A stretch of 47,859 nt of DNA from Lenisia limosa (GCA_001655205.1 LPNZ01008512.1:1-47859); one strand, 5' to 3'; counted from the stretch's first letter, positions 10,226 through 24,529 are shown. The notes: generated by a model not told the origin, from the letters alone. Numbers and translations: made by a program.

Positions 10226-13200
10226 ATGCGCTTTGAAGTCCTGGAAAAGGCTGCTCTTGAGCATGACTTCGCAATTGTTTCCGCTGAAGCCGATAGATGT
10301 TAGATATACCAACCAGTTTGAACTCATCTTTTAGTGAAAAAAACTCGTGGAATTGCAAAGGCGGAAAAGGACACTTTGGAGAAGTTCAAGGTTATTGCCC
10401 TGCTCAAATCAGATTCTCCCCAAGAAACTCTCGCAAGCACAGAAGGCAGATCTTGGCTCTCCTTCGAGCGCGCCTATGCCCTTTATAAACTTAATAGATT
10501 TAAGGACTGTCTCAACGTCCTCCGTCCTCATCTTGACAAAAAGAACCGTGAAACAAAGGTCATTGTTCTTGCTGCCCAAACTGTATGGGGACTAGTTTTG
10601 TTATTGACCAACTGAACTGGATAGGATTATAATTATTGGTATTATTTTTCTCCAATGTAATTGTTCGGTTTTCCATGACCATCTGAATTGATTCTTCTTG
10701 GTTCCTTTTGTATGTTTTATATTCAGACATTTAGTGTGAGATTATTCTCTCTAAAGTACCTGTTTCCTTTAACCCGACAGTACTATCGTCTGGAGCAGTA
10801 TGACAGGGCAGCTGAGCTTTTCACCAGCGTTCCTCGTGATTTGGAAGTTTCTGCGAATGTTGTAGCCAGCCTAGTTAGATCAGGTACTGTCTCACACTCT
10901 ATCCACTTTTCCCTCCTGACTACGTAGGCAATGTTCAAGAGGCTCTGGCAGAAATTGCTAAATCCCAGGAGAACTCCTTTGAGCTTGTTTACAATATGGC
11001 CTGCTGCCAAGTAGGGAAGGTCATAATTGTTTATACTACACTGTCGCATTATATGATCTTGAATATTGGTTTTTGGCCTCATCGTGGCTGTTTAGGTTGC
11101 TAATGGCGAGTTGGATGAGGCGTTTGAAACTCTTCAGAAGGCAGAAGGTAAGAAATGCTCTGTTCCTTTTCTGATGTTAATATTAGATATCTCGGATATT
11201 GCTGACATTCATAATAATTTGTTGCAAAGTGGACACAAATAAAAATTGTATTTCTTGATAAAGCCCTGAAAATTATTATCCTTCTGAGACATTAAATCCT
11301 TATCTTGAATTGGTGTTCCTCTTCCGTTCTCGCTTTGCTACTTCACNNNNNNNNNNNNNNNNNNNNNNNNNNNNNNNNNNNNNNNNNNNNNNNNNNNNNN
11401 NNNNNNNNNNNNNNNNNNNNNNNNNNNNNNNNNNNNNNNNNNNNNNNNNNNNNNNNNNNNNNNNNNNNNNNNNNNTGTGATCCATTCACTTGGGTCCAGG
11501 TCTCTGCCGTAAAACCCTGGGTGAAGAAGGATACAGCCCTTCAGAAATCAATGATGAGGTTCAGATCATTAAGGCTCAGGTAAGAAATCGTCCCTTGTAC
11601 CCCTTCTTACCCTAAAGATGGCATTTGTCCTTCAGACCAATGGGCGCGCCACCGAAGCTGAAACACTCTACAAGAAAGTTTGTATGGATTCTCCCTGCTC
11701 CAAGTTTGCCATTTGACATCTGCAGATTCAGTCCAGCCGTCCATCCGATCTGTCTGTCAGAGCTGTCACTGCCGCTAACCTCATCGCAATCAATGTGAGG
11801 ATTGTACATACAGAGCTATGGTGGTGCTCTATTTTACTTATAGAGTTCCGAGTATCACTTATATTATAGGGAGATAGGAACCTCTCAGCTTCTCTCGATT
11901 CAGCCAAGTCCCTTGGTATGTCTCTAATAATGCTTTTCAGCGCTGACTTTTTAGCATCCCAAGAACTCCGCACTAAACTCACCTCATCACAACGCCACTC
12001 GATGGATATCACTCGTTGCCTTCTTCTTGTGGGGGGGGGGGTCCCTTCTTCTTCTTGCGTTTTAGGGAACCTAGTGGTTATCCCCTCCTATCACCTCCCA
12101 CTTCTCCTGATAGTTTTTAGGTCAGAATGAAAAAGTTTGAAGAGTGTAGCAAAATTGTTTCCAAAATCAAGGTGAGCTTTACACACAGTTTTTGCTCGAT
12201 ACTTGATATATTGATGACGAAACAGGGGGACTTTGTGCGAACTGAGTCAACTGTTGTTGTGAAAGGAGCTTTGGGCATTGCCCAGGAGTCCTTCGATCAA
12301 GCTCACAAGTAAGCTCAAAGATGCAACTTTACGAACATACTGGTTGAAAATTTGACGATTCAGTTTACTTCGGGCTGCTGGCGACAAATACAACTACCTC
12401 ACTGTCCGTCTCACCCTCATCCAAAGTCTTATCAACCAAGTGAGTCTTCTTCATGGGTAAGATTGACTTTAGGATCAACTTGCTGAGGCAGTTGGAGAAA
12501 TGAAGAAGTGCACAGAAATGCTGATTTACCCTGGTTTCTTGGTAAGCTGCTCTCAGACAACATGCCCTATATTATTTTTGTCTCTAATGTTGAGCCAATA
12601 GTTTTTTATATTATTTTTCATAAACCCCCCCCCCCCTCAGGCAACAATGCTTGCTGCTTATGAGAAGCTTCACCACAAGTCTCCCAAAAAGGTAATATTC
12701 AGTGTTGCGGTGCACAGTATTGACGTTTTAGGGCTACAACCTCAAGGCTGGAGCGGCAGTCTTGGCAAGTCTTGCGTTTGTGAAACTATGATTGTTTTGC
12801 CAAATATTTCGTGATGTTTGACTTCTTAGGTTATGGACAGAAGAAAAGAGGCAGGCCAACAAGCAAGCCTTCTTGGAGCTTGTCACAAACTGTGGTAATG
12901 CACTCTCAGAGCGTTTTTCAGACCATGTGAGCATCCCCGGCTTATGGGATTTCACTCTTTGTATTGGCATTTTACAAATCAGGAGACCGCATTCAAGTGC
13001 TTTGAACTCCTAAACAACAACACTGGAATCAATATGGCTCGCATGTGCTACGAAGCCTCTTTCTTCGACACAGTTCTTGCCGAAAAGTTGGTTATTGTTT
13101 GTTTGTTTTATGCCTGTTTAAAAATATATGTATGTATGTATGTATATATTTTTGAATTATCATTACCTCAGGATCTCCTTCATTGCTTCAGATATGAGAA

Positions 13201-13843
13201 ACTGCTTCCCACGATCCACATTGATGAGGATGAAATGGAGAAAGCCCTTTTGGAGCCTGTAGGGAGGACCGTTCTTTGAACCGGCATATCATATGGGGAA
13301 AACGGGATCTTTTCAAAAAAGAAATTATCTTGGTTTTTACCCCCAAATTTTCTAATCAGACATAGTATTGCTATTTAGCTGGCTTTTGACGTTCACAGAT
13401 TCGCGAGGCCTCCGCCCTGGCCACAAAGAGCAAGTAAGAAAACTCTTTACACGCTGACCTTTAGGAAAAAGACTGCCCGTCGCCAACGACACATGGTGGC
13501 CAAGCCCACTGGCAAGCCCGACCCCGAGCGCTGGATTCCCGTCCGTGATAGATCCACGTATAAGAAGGGCCGCAAGAAGGCTGTCAAGGGCTCCCAAGGC
13601 TCCGGTATGAGATGATATCGATTTAACTTGGCTTATTGTATTAGGCAGTGGGCTTTCAGGAGAAGTTGTGGAGGCTGTTTCTCCTTCGGAAGCGCCTGGT
13701 AGGTAATATGTCGTTGTCATTACCCCACAGCAGCAAAGCCTTCTTCAGGGCGTAAGCAACCTGCTCCTCGCAAGAAGAAGAAGAACGTATGTTGGATATT
13801 GCACAGGTCGTAAAATGTTCCTCTTACTATTCAGCGCAAGTAA
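10226..13843 (+). CDS. SRP72: Signal recognition particle subunit SRP72 (N gap inside the gene)
   Basis: TPR-like N-terminus (FERAYALYKLN, YYRLEQYD, FELVYNMAC, LCRKTLGEEG) and the C-terminal RNA-binding motif KPDPERWIPVRDRSTYK...QG. The final 9-nt exon ends in TAA at 13841-13843. Confidence 0.95.
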
Positions 13844-13962
13844 CTCCTCCCCCTAGGTGTGTATTTATATGCATTGATTTGGTTCTGAAAAAAAACCATA
13901 TTGGGGGAATACATCAAACAACATACTGTACAAAACACGAAAAATAATACAATAAGAAACCT

Positions 13963-16900
13963 CTAATTCTTTGGTGTCACAGGCTCGAAAATGGCTCGAT
14001 CTAACTCCCTGAAAGGTCAAAATCAATCCTTCACCGCTTGCTTCACTCCAACCCCCAACTCCTACTCTCTAGGCTTTTCCGCAGGCGGTTCCAGTGTCTC
14101 TGGAGAGGGCATNNNNNNNNNNNNNNNNNNNNNNNNNNNNNNNNNNNNNNNNNNNNNNNNNNNNNNNNNNNGTCACAGGCTCCATTGGGCTCTCAGGTAC
14201 GGTCTGTCCAATGGTACTTCGGATGACGCGATTTGCGTTGAATGCGTTCATGAGATGCTTCGAGAATGCCTGGCCACCCTGCGCTCCCTGAAAATATGAG
14301 CATGTCAAACAACTAACCTGGGGAAACTCTGAAGCAAGGCGCTGGACATTACTACTATACACACTGTCGAGTCAGAAAAGGTGTTGTGAAACAATTTCAA
14401 AGTGATTCAGGGGGGGACCGACTTTTGCAAATCGGCAAGAGCGGCGTTTGGGGCAGAGGGATACCCGTCGTGGGGTGGTGCTCCTTCATCAGGCCTGAGA
14501 AGTCAGTAGATGAAAAAAATATTCATCTGAGTGAAGAGTAGGTTTCCCACTTCTTAGGTTTTTGTGGTTTCGGCACCTGGAGAATAGGCACGATAGGGCC
14601 TTCCTGCAGATCGGAAAAGAACCTTTCTAGAAGGAATGAGAAACTCCTTTAATAGCAGATAAAACTGCCTCTTTTTGAAAAAAAAAAAACATCTTCGATT
14701 CAAAGCATCAATTTATCTTGTGTAAGCGGAAAAATGAGAAAACTTAGATCATTTTGGAACCGAAAGTGCAAAATCTAGGTTCAAACCAGTTACAAGAACA
14801 AAACAGCTTTTGACAAAAGAAAAAAAGGGTGGTAAATTATCGGATTCAAAGAGGTAGAGAGAACCAACTAAGACTTCATCAAAATAACTTTGTCGTTGAA
14901 GAAAAATTAGTGGGACTTCAATTTGTGGAATTAAAAAAATGTGAAAGATTATTATCAGGGACTTCCTCACCTTGGTGACTCAATTGTTCATTTGGCATTC
15001 CCTGTTCATTACTGGTGAGTGGCGGAGGTGTGGGTAGGGACAATGGTGCATTATGGCTGGTGTTCACACTCTGGAATGTGTTATTAAGATCGCACCCAAT
15101 CCCTTGGATTGAGGGGATGCATGAAATTCACCCACCGAGGCAACGGATTCAATGTCATCCTCCAGAGGCGGGTTAGGTCCGCGTAATCTGAAGTGTCACA
15201 TCAACTCAACACAGCAAAAAAATTAAAAACTGAAATCCAAACACAACATTATTAAAGTCCACAGTACCTTTCTGTTGGGTCGTGCATTTGAGCGAGTTGC
15301 TTCTGAACCTGTATCGTCAAAACACATAAAAAGTCATCTCAAATTAAATGAAGAAGAAACTGTGAATCGAAGACAGTAGAAATGATATCATATTTGATAT
15401 CAGAGCTCTATCTGAGGTGATCATTTTCAAGTGCAGATTGATACATAGTAATGATATTTTATATATCATAGTATATCTAATCAGAGACTAGAAATTATTA
15501 TATACATTATATATGCATATCATAGAGTTTATATTGATATGTAGTAATTATATTATACTATAAAATATATATGATATATAATATCAAATAAATAGTAGTA
15601 CTATATTATAATAGCTATTGTAATATAATATATCATGATGTCAGTAGTGTATCATATCATCAAACCAGGTATGTGAGAGATTGTGTGTCAACTGGTGGTA
15701 GTTCAGGGAGAGAGAGCGCCTGAAATTGTCAAAAAAAAAAACACCCGAAACACTACAGTCTGAAATCCCCCATTACCACAGCAGGAGCCGAGTACTGTAG
15801 TGAATCCTACGAGGTAAGGTCAATAAAAAACCAGGGATTGTAACCACTCATATCCAGAAGCAAACCAATTGGAGGGGATCTACCTGATTCGTTAACCTCT
15901 GAACATGTAAGAAAAGCCACAAAAGAGCAAAAGAGAAAAAGTGGTTTCCACCCAACTCACCGTTGAAGGAGGGGCCTGGACCTTGATACTGTTCATTGCC
16001 CTATCGAGGAAAATGGTATGTCGCGCGGTCTTTGTAGTTCCGTCAATATTGCTCTTGCGGCTGGAGTACGACATGATGAGCTGCTCGGTTGCCCTAGTTA
16101 CAGCAACTGTGGAATAAAAATCGGATTCGGATATCATAGTACTACTTATTAATGTTTAAATGGGATTGAATAAAAGGCAGTATCCATTGCCGTTCTGAAA
16201 TAGACCCAACTACGCAGACCGTAAAGAGCACGACGGTCATCGTCAATGAAGGCCTCACCGGGGGCCTTGAACTTCGGTAACACGTCATCTTCCAGGCCGG
16301 CTGAAGAGTTAGCTTTGGTTATATCATATGTATATGTATGAATGAGTCTGTAGAACGTACGCAAATAGACGACAGGAAGATGTAGGGGGCGTGCAGCCTC
16401 GTACGTAGCAATAAGAACCTTCAAGCGTTATCGGATTAACAAGAAATACCCAAATATGAAGCCCTACCTTCTTGGTGTCGTAATACTCGAGCTCGAATCC
16501 TGAAGAGAGAATACACTCACTGAGAAACTTGACGATACGCTACAGGATGAAAAGGCAAAAGACATTACTCACGCAATCACCCTTGAGCTGCCCCTGCGCG
16601 TTGAGTGTGGACACGACGCAAGGATGCCGACTGTCGAAGTGGGCCACCATCGACAAAAAGGCCTTCACAGTCATAATTGTTATGATACCTAACTGCCTAT
16701 CCTCACATATCATAGCTTATTATATGACCAAAGTTCTATTCATATTATAATATAATTAAGCAAACTCCACATGCCTACGTGCCTTCCCAAAATATCGCAT
16801 TTGACCTGTACTATATGAATAATATTTATATGTATATTATGTCAAAATAAGTTCACCAAAACGCACCTTGAATCTTGAGTAGTCAACTTTCACGTCGTTT

Positions 16901-19900
16901 TTGATGTAGTCCAGGAACTAAAATGTTAACAAGAATAGTCAACCTGAAGTAGAGATCAGAACTAACGATGTACTCACCTTGAGGTTTCGACAGAGGTTAT
17001 CAATGGCAATACTGACTTTGGCCTTGCTCAGGGCATCTCGACGCAGTTCCACAACCACATTCGTAAAGTTGATAAACTAAGGCGTCAGAAAAGTACCACA
17101 AAGTGTCACAGAAGTACCTCGGATGGGTTCCTCAGAGCTCGACCATCTGGAAGGCCTTTTTCTACAGCTCTATGCGTGGCTGCAAGAAGATTCGTTTTCT
17201 GGGGTATTAAGGGAATCAGGGGTGAAGTGACCAACCCATTCCCTAGCCGCCGAAATGACTTGCTGGATAGTCTGCAGTCCAATGTTGCGTCGAGGCAATG
17301 TGAGTGCGCGTGTAAAGGCCACTTCATCATAGGGGTTACAGGCAACTAATGCGTGAGACTAGCCCCTGAATCGCTTCAATATAGAGAACTCACTTTTGAT
17401 ATAGTTGAGAACAGGGGCAATTTCTGGTAGTGAAAAGAGATGGTCTGCACCTAAAACGCATGCGTTCACGTTCTATGAAATTATTAGGAATATTAAAGGT
17501 TCGAGGGTCCTAAACGAAGATGGTGGAGGAACACAGACCTTAATAGTGAAGGCAGTGTTAAATTTGTTGACCATTTCTGAGGTTCGACAAAGGATTCCAA
17601 CAGTGCCAGTGAAGGTGTTGAGATTGCTTAGGATATCGTCAACAACTGGAGTGTTTAGAGCCTCACTCACTAAAGAATGGTACAACAGTGAGTTTATCGA
17701 AGTAAATTTTCCAAACCCAAGTGAAGTTCTAAACACAACCAAAGGATGCGCACTAACCACTTTCTACTTCGCAACTCGGGGAGTCGTACACTCGAATGAC
17801 AACCTCTGGACCAGGCCGTCTTGACTGCATAAACGGAAGGTCTTGCTTGGTCTTCGGGGAGTCCCTAGATGGTTGGTCACCCAACATTCATTCTCCATAT
17901 CTCAAGGTGTATTCCGTTCTTACATGATAATCTGAGCAGCAAGCTGGCAAATGTGTGAATTGGTGACAAGAGAATATGGCAACGTGCTATGACTGGCATT
18001 CTTGAGAGACAGCAATAAGTGGTTTAATATGGCCAGAGACGAGAGTCGGCTGCTGTAAATCGCTTGATCCTATGGTGTAAGAGAACTTGTCATCCGGAGA
18101 TATCAAAAGCCCCTCCATACCGGGTCACACGTGCCCGTTAATGAGCCAGTTGCTTCTGCGAGAATTTGGAGCATAGAGGCCTACATTGTAAGAATCTATT
18201 ATCCATGGTCCTTTGGTTGACAACTGATACAAACTCAATACCTGAACAGGAGTGCATTCTTGAAGATCATCAACGATAATTGAACGGTATCGGCTCTTAA
18301 TATCCTAAAATATATTAGTCCTTCTCCACCCAGTACCCGAGCCGTACATTAAGTACCACATCGTTCTCCAGGAGCTGGCATGCCATAATACTTATATCAT
18401 TAGCGTCCGCCGATGACGTGGCAAGCTTAAGGACTTCATATTCCTGGGGGTGAAAAGAGTTGACGCTACAGTATCATCTCATACGATCATATACAAATAA
18501 TACTATTACTAAGACTAAAAACAGAGAACCTGGCTCATTAACAGAAAAATAGTGAGGACCAATGAAGACGAAAGCCGAGCCGCACTCACTTCAAAGACGG
18601 GGATCAAAATATTGGTGATAAAAGGCATTTTGCCTGAAACGTTAACAATTCACAATAATATGAATCCCACCAAGAGAAGACACACGCTCTTTGGCCTCGG
18701 GTTTCAGAACCTATAAAATGATAATGAAATGGAGTGGCTGGACACCTAACACCACTACCACGCCCCTTAGAAGGCCCCTTCGCTTACAAGAGCTTTGACA
18801 AGGGTTGATAGAAAAGTAGGCCCCCAGCTGGCGTCTTTGGATGTTTGAATTGCACTTAGAACCTAGATGTTAATCTTGCCACTAATGCGCCAACCTGGTG
18901 AGTGTTCGGTCGACGCTGTTCAGTTTTCAATGAGTTGATAGCCTAAATAGTGAACTCAACAAGAGCAAAGATAGCTAACCTGTGTCACCAAATGATACTG
19001 AAAAGAGTCATCCAGTAATGTGAAATCTCCAGACACTATGAAATTAGTATACAACTGCACATGACAGTAAGTATTCTGTATTGACTGATTCCTCAAACCA
19101 TTTAAGACGTGAGCAAACTGGCGAAGAATATTGTGTGCAAATGATGAGAAGGTGTGAATGTTGACCTGCATCATTATTGTGGAATCACAATAAATTGACT
19201 CAGAAACCACTCACTTGGAAGGTCAGTTCAAGACCTATCAATTCAGCCACACTGATGATGAAAAGAGAAACCTGCATGAATGTCAGACGAGACAACAAAA
19301 ACACTCACATCAAAAGAAGAAGGCAAGAGGACAAGAATGCTACTTGGCTGGATGTGGAGATTATTGATAAGGTACGCGACTCTAACAACAGCAATGCGTG
19401 TTTTGCCTGCGAAATTAGTGGAAATGGACTCAACAGGAAATGCAAAACATACCAGAAGATGGACAACCAACGTGCATGTTGGTGGAGTTTAGGGACTTCT
19501 TCACTGCTGCTCGTTGAACACTGGTCAGCTCGCCCACCGCAATCCCCACTCTAATCATAGTCACATGATTGTTATGTTTCACTATGTATGGACCAATAGC
19601 ATAATCATGAATGTTGAAAATTCAATTAAATTGATAATACTCACACTATGAAGAAGTTATAAATAGAGCGAGAATCGCTTAAAAATGGCGGTACTAACCG
19701 GTATTGAATGGACTGGGCATCGAGGCTTTGTTCACGATCAAACTTCGTTAACGGGTCAACACTTCCAATCCTTTGGTCCTGCAGGGGGTATCTTTGGATT
19801 TTAGTCTCAGGAAGGATGATGGGAGCAGGTTCCACAGGGTTTTCCTCTATCACTGATTCGTCTTCAAGTCGATTATCAACCATCTTCCTCTTCCGTTTGC

Positions 19901-21178
19901 GTGTAGACCTGCAATGTTAATACCTGCCACGAAAAGCCCAATGAAAACAAGGACTCATGCAACCTTCTTGGCGGCGTTTCAACGCGTGGCGGCCTAACAC
20001 GCCCCCCAGGAATCTGAAACACCGGCGGGATAGGTTCGAGAGGTGGTAACTGCTGCAATTGTCAAGTCACAAAAGGCAATTCATCAGTTTTTATGAATTG
20101 ACACGATTTAAATTTATTTTTAGACTCACGAGAGGAAGGATATCAAAAGACCCCGCCTGTTGTGCTGCTACTTGGGACACATCCTGGAAGGCATGAGATG
20201 CCAACTTCAGGGTTCAGACTAGCATTTGGAATAGAGAATTGCCAAAGAAAAAGATTGAGGGGCAAAATTTAGAAACCTAAATGTCCCAACTAACTTGAAT
20301 GCCATCAAGGCTAATAGTTGGCAAGACAGCTTCAACTGAAACAGAGGGAAGCTCCACCAACATTGGAGGTGCTGATGGGAGGCCGAGAGGCGGGAGGGAC
20401 GGGTAAGGTGAATCATGCGGTATTTCAGCGTTAACAGGCTCAATATCATTATTAGGCGGTTGGTGACTCCTAAATACCGGCGGAGAGTAGTCTCGTGAAG
20501 AAGAATCAACCATAAGGGGTAATCCCGGTGTCACCTCCTCTACACCGTCTAAAATAATGTTAATACAATAAAAAGGTCCACCAACTATGAGACATGGTTC
20601 TTGATTGAAAAGAATTACATCGACTTGTCCTTTTTTACTTCTATAACTCAATAACCCAAGTTGTTCTTCAATTTTACTATAAAATAAGGTTAAATCAAGG
20701 GGTCACACCCGGTATAGATCAAGTAGTTTGGAGCTTGCGGTTATGATTTTTTTGAACCCCTCCAGTAAAGTATTGTTTAGCGGTTATGATTTTTGTGCCC
20801 CAAGGGTTTTTATCCCGGGCCGCAATTTTTTTCGCCGCAGGCGCCACTTTTAAATATGAATGCCCCCCCCCCCCCNNNNNNNNNNNNNNNNNNNNNNNNN
20901 NNNNNNNNNNNNNNNNNNNNNNNNNNNNNNNNNNNNNNNNNNNNNNNNNNNNNNNNNNNNNNNNNNNNNNNNNNNNNNTACTTCACCCAACTAAGTGTGA
21001 CCCAATGGTTAAATGATAAATTCAACTGTGTACAAACTGTGCCCAAAGATCTGCCACAGATTTCCCAAACCCAAAATTCCCATATAAAACGCCCACCCAT
21101 GGGTAGTGTCACCACCTATCCAACTTCCAATATATAAGGGGTTGTATATAAAAAAAGACCTCTCCCACCCATCGCCAT
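13963..21178 (-). CDS. UvrD/PcrA-family (SF1A) helicase-like protein with degenerate motifs, putative N-terminal SAM domain and Pro-rich flanks
   Basis: Spliced motifs in order: LTSVQRAAV...GCPSSGKT (I), ILVLLPSSFD (Ia), IHTFSSFAHNILR (Ib), RYRSIIVDDLQE (II), CDPDQAIYSSR (III), ATYEAARPLHLPVVYL (V), DDDRRALYVAVTRATEQLIMSYS (VI). Both ends are less certain, and two N gaps fall within the gene. Confidence 0.85.
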
Positions 21179-21275
21179 TTTTCGTCATATCGTTTTACAC
21201 CGTTGTTCAAAAATAACTACATAAAATTGATACATTAACTCACAACACACACAACACAAAAGGACAAAAACAAAG

Positions 21276-24200
21276 TTACTGGGCCATTGCAAGAAGTTCG
21301 CTAAAGCATGAGGACTATTACAAGAGAAGAAACGCTGAAGAAAAATGTATCACAGCTTACGGATAAGTGACCTTTCCATTGTTATCAATGTCCAATCGTC
21401 TCATCAGGGTGACAATCTAAAAAGATGAAAAAAGACGCTTAACATGAAACCAAACCTCGTGAGTAGAAAGCTCAGGGGCTATTGAGGAGACAGCACTGGT
21501 AAACTCAGCAGAGTCAAGGTATCTGCAATGTGAGCGAATGAAAAAGCAATGTTCTTCACTCCTTTTTACTCATAACTATTACCAAAACCTATACTCGTAC
21601 ACACGTATGCATATATTTGTCAATCAAGTATATAACCACCCTAGTAATGATCAACCCAAACGCACCCATTCTTGTCCTTATCGGCTTCGTTGAAAGACGC
21701 CTTCAACGTGTCAATCACTGGCCGGAGCTGAATAGTCAAATAACTTTCACTAAGAGCGAAAAAAAAAAAAAAAAAAAAANNNNNNNNNNNNNNNNNNNNN
21801 NNNNNNNNNNNNNNNNNNNNNNNNNNNNNNNNNNNNNNNNNNNNNNNNNGTGGGAACTCAGCGTCATAACGCTCCATGTACCTGGAAGTCAACGAAAGTT
21901 GTAAATGTTAAAGTTCAATAGTAATAAGCATTGGGCCCACTGGAAGGCGTATTCATCAGCATCATTGAGAAGGAACTCGAAACCGTTAATTGCCAGGATA
22001 CAGCCGACATAAAGATCGGAAGCCGCCACCCATGTACCAGTACGGTCGTTCTTGGCACGGTGGCGCTCCAAGAACTTTCCTCCCTAGATTTTAAGAACAA
22101 TCGCGAGGGAGGGGGACTCACCTTGAAACCGGAGTTTCTAACAGGCGGCTCAAAGATTAGCACAGTGTTATCAGCCATGAAGAAGGAAACAATGAAGGAT
22201 CTGTCCACATCCTCTGCCTGGGAGATTACGTCAGTAACAGGATTTATAATGACAAACAGAGGGGTTGTTGAAAGTGCCAGTGAAGCGCAACACGTCTCCA
22301 GACTTTGCAAGTGCTCTAGCGTAGTCTTTGCGGGGAACCTACCACAATTATTACGCAGCAAAAAAGAATGACGAGTTTGTATTTGAGTTAGTTCATTATT
22401 GTAACTCATATCACTTGATAAATGAAAGCGATACTTAACACCCACCCACCTTAGGGACAAGATTGATGCAAGAGGCAAGAGAATCTTCCTCGGATCCGAA
22501 ACCTGAAAGGATCAAACAACATTCAAGGAACAGAATAATACATAATGAGAACTCACCAGTTGGGGGAGGAGGGACGAAAGAAGCTTCACCACCATGTACA
22601 GATACATCAGACTCGAACTCAACATTTGGGGTGTCGTCACCATAATGCTCCTAAGAGATATTAATTCGCGCAGTGATAATAGGGGAGTTTCACCCAATCC
22701 CTGGACTGCCCACCTTGAGGTATTGCCGGGTGAATTCGTCAGCTGAGAGGATCTTGAAGCGGCGGCCAAAGACCTACAGAATTAGATGTTAGCGAAGCAA
22801 GGGTACCCAAGCCCCGAACCCACAAAGATCTCGGCGCCAATACGAAGATCCTCGGCGGTGTAGCACTCCACTTCACCGACATCGTCGGAAACAGAGAAGT
22901 TTTTCTTCGGCAGCTTCTGCCGGCGTACAAAGACCGGGCCTCCCTCACGGCCGGTGTTGACCTCACTAACTGAACGCACTTCGGTCGTGCTGTCTACCAG
23001 GAAGTGGTGCAGAACCTGTTGTGGTGAATAATCCAAGTCTGTTGATATGTACATATGAGTTGCGGTTTTTTCTGTCATCGCTGTAATCAGAAAATTACGA
23101 ATCTTCCATTTCCCAAGCCAAGCCTACGAATTTCCTGACTTGACCATAAACATCGGAAGTGTTGTCCCAAACACAGTGGAACCTGAGAACATGCCTATCC
23201 TTGTCCAAGAATCTTGAGAGTTATGAGACCACTTCAAGTAGGCTCACCTTGCAAGGTTGTCTTTTTGGTTGTAGGTATGGACTCGGGGCTGAACCTCAAC
23301 AAGGCTTCGTGTCTGAGTGAACTCGTCATCATCGACCTTCTCAGCGTCACCGCAGCAAATGCCCAATTTGGCAAGAACTATCTAAATTCTGGTTATTGCA
23401 GGCCGTGGTTTTCACCTTGATAGAAAAGCCTTTTCCCCTCTAACCCTGGCAGTATCATCACAATCGAAGATATGATATTTCTGCGCATAGAAATGGACAT
23501 TGTTTCTGTGGACGAGTCAGTGGCAACAAATCGAACACATAACAGCAACCTTATCATGATACAAACGTACAGCAGCCCATCCCACCCAATGACCAAGTCC
23601 TGGGGGACGACAAGTTCGCCAGTGACGTCGTTAGGGACCTGCTGTCTCTTCAGACGAACCCCCTGTGCAAGGCCTATGTGGTAATGAGAGAAATAATAAA
23701 AGGATGCATCTGTCCTCAGTAGCATCACGTTTGGAATACATATCATATTACAGTTGTAATATTATTGTGCAATACTCATCAGAAACTATGGACAACAAAC
23801 CGGAGTTGTCACGACGGGGTTCAGTGATTCTCATTGTGTTATCCTCCATAAAGTAGACAAGGTTGACAATGCGCTTGCGTGTCTTTTCTTCACGGCTAAA
23901 TACAATATCCTCATCGAAGAAAGCCTTGAAGACAAGGGTCTGAGGAAGGTAAACAGGGAATCGGGCTACAGAAAACAAACTGCTTTGTTCACGCTTGCTT
24001 CTCCATCAAAATCATGACCATCTTCTGCTTTAGGGTTCTTGGGACGTCTTAAAACCCCCTTGAAAGTCATGGAAGGGTCATACGGCTCAGCTTCAGTGAT
24101 ATCTCCAGTAACTGGGGCAGCTAAACAAAAGATTAAGAATATAAATATCACATTTCACCAGATGAATGGGAAGGAAGGGTCTTCAAAAACCTGAGGGCCA

Positions 24201-24305
24201 ACCTTGAACAATAGCGTAGCCGTTTACGTATCTCATCGACTGCTTCATGTTTTTTTGCTCAACTTTGCCAACAGAGTTACCTGGTAAGAAGGCAATTTGC
24301 GACAT
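21276..24305 (-). CDS. EFHC1: EFHC1/Rib72 axonemal protein (3 DM10 domains + EF-hand region)
   Basis: Starts MSQIAFLPG. DM10 repeats: YFMEDNTMRITEPRRDNSG, HFLVDSTTEVR...FVRRQKLPK, FFMADNTVLIFEPPVRNSG. EF-hand FNEADKDKNG. Stop at 21276-21278. Confidence 0.93.
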
Positions 24306-24529
24306 TGTAAACAGTCCTTCACTAATCTCGTTATCTCTTATTATACCTCTCCTGCCTTTTTTCTAGTTGTAAAAATACACCAGTGTTTCTAACTCACTCT
24401 GTTTTCATTTTGTTGTGCCAATTTTTTTGCGCTACAATATGACGGCGGCGTAGAATTTAAGCAAATTTTGGTGAAGAATATTTCTTTCCTTAACGCAGTT
24501 ATACCAGTTTATTATTGACAGTTAACGAA

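Noticed and set aside
13963-15287. Separate gene starting at ATG 15287 (MHDPTE)
   Set aside because: That ATG lies inside an exon preceded by a good acceptor and in phase with the upstream helicase exon, so it is treated as the helicase C-terminal tail.
24487-24494. U12-type introns suggested by TCCTTAAC (also 44713-44720) and a GTATCCTTC on the minus strand at 5388-5396
   Set aside because: No matching RTATCCTT donor pairs with the branch-like sites. The 5.39-kb site is better explained as exon sequence with a normal GTGAGT donor just downstream.
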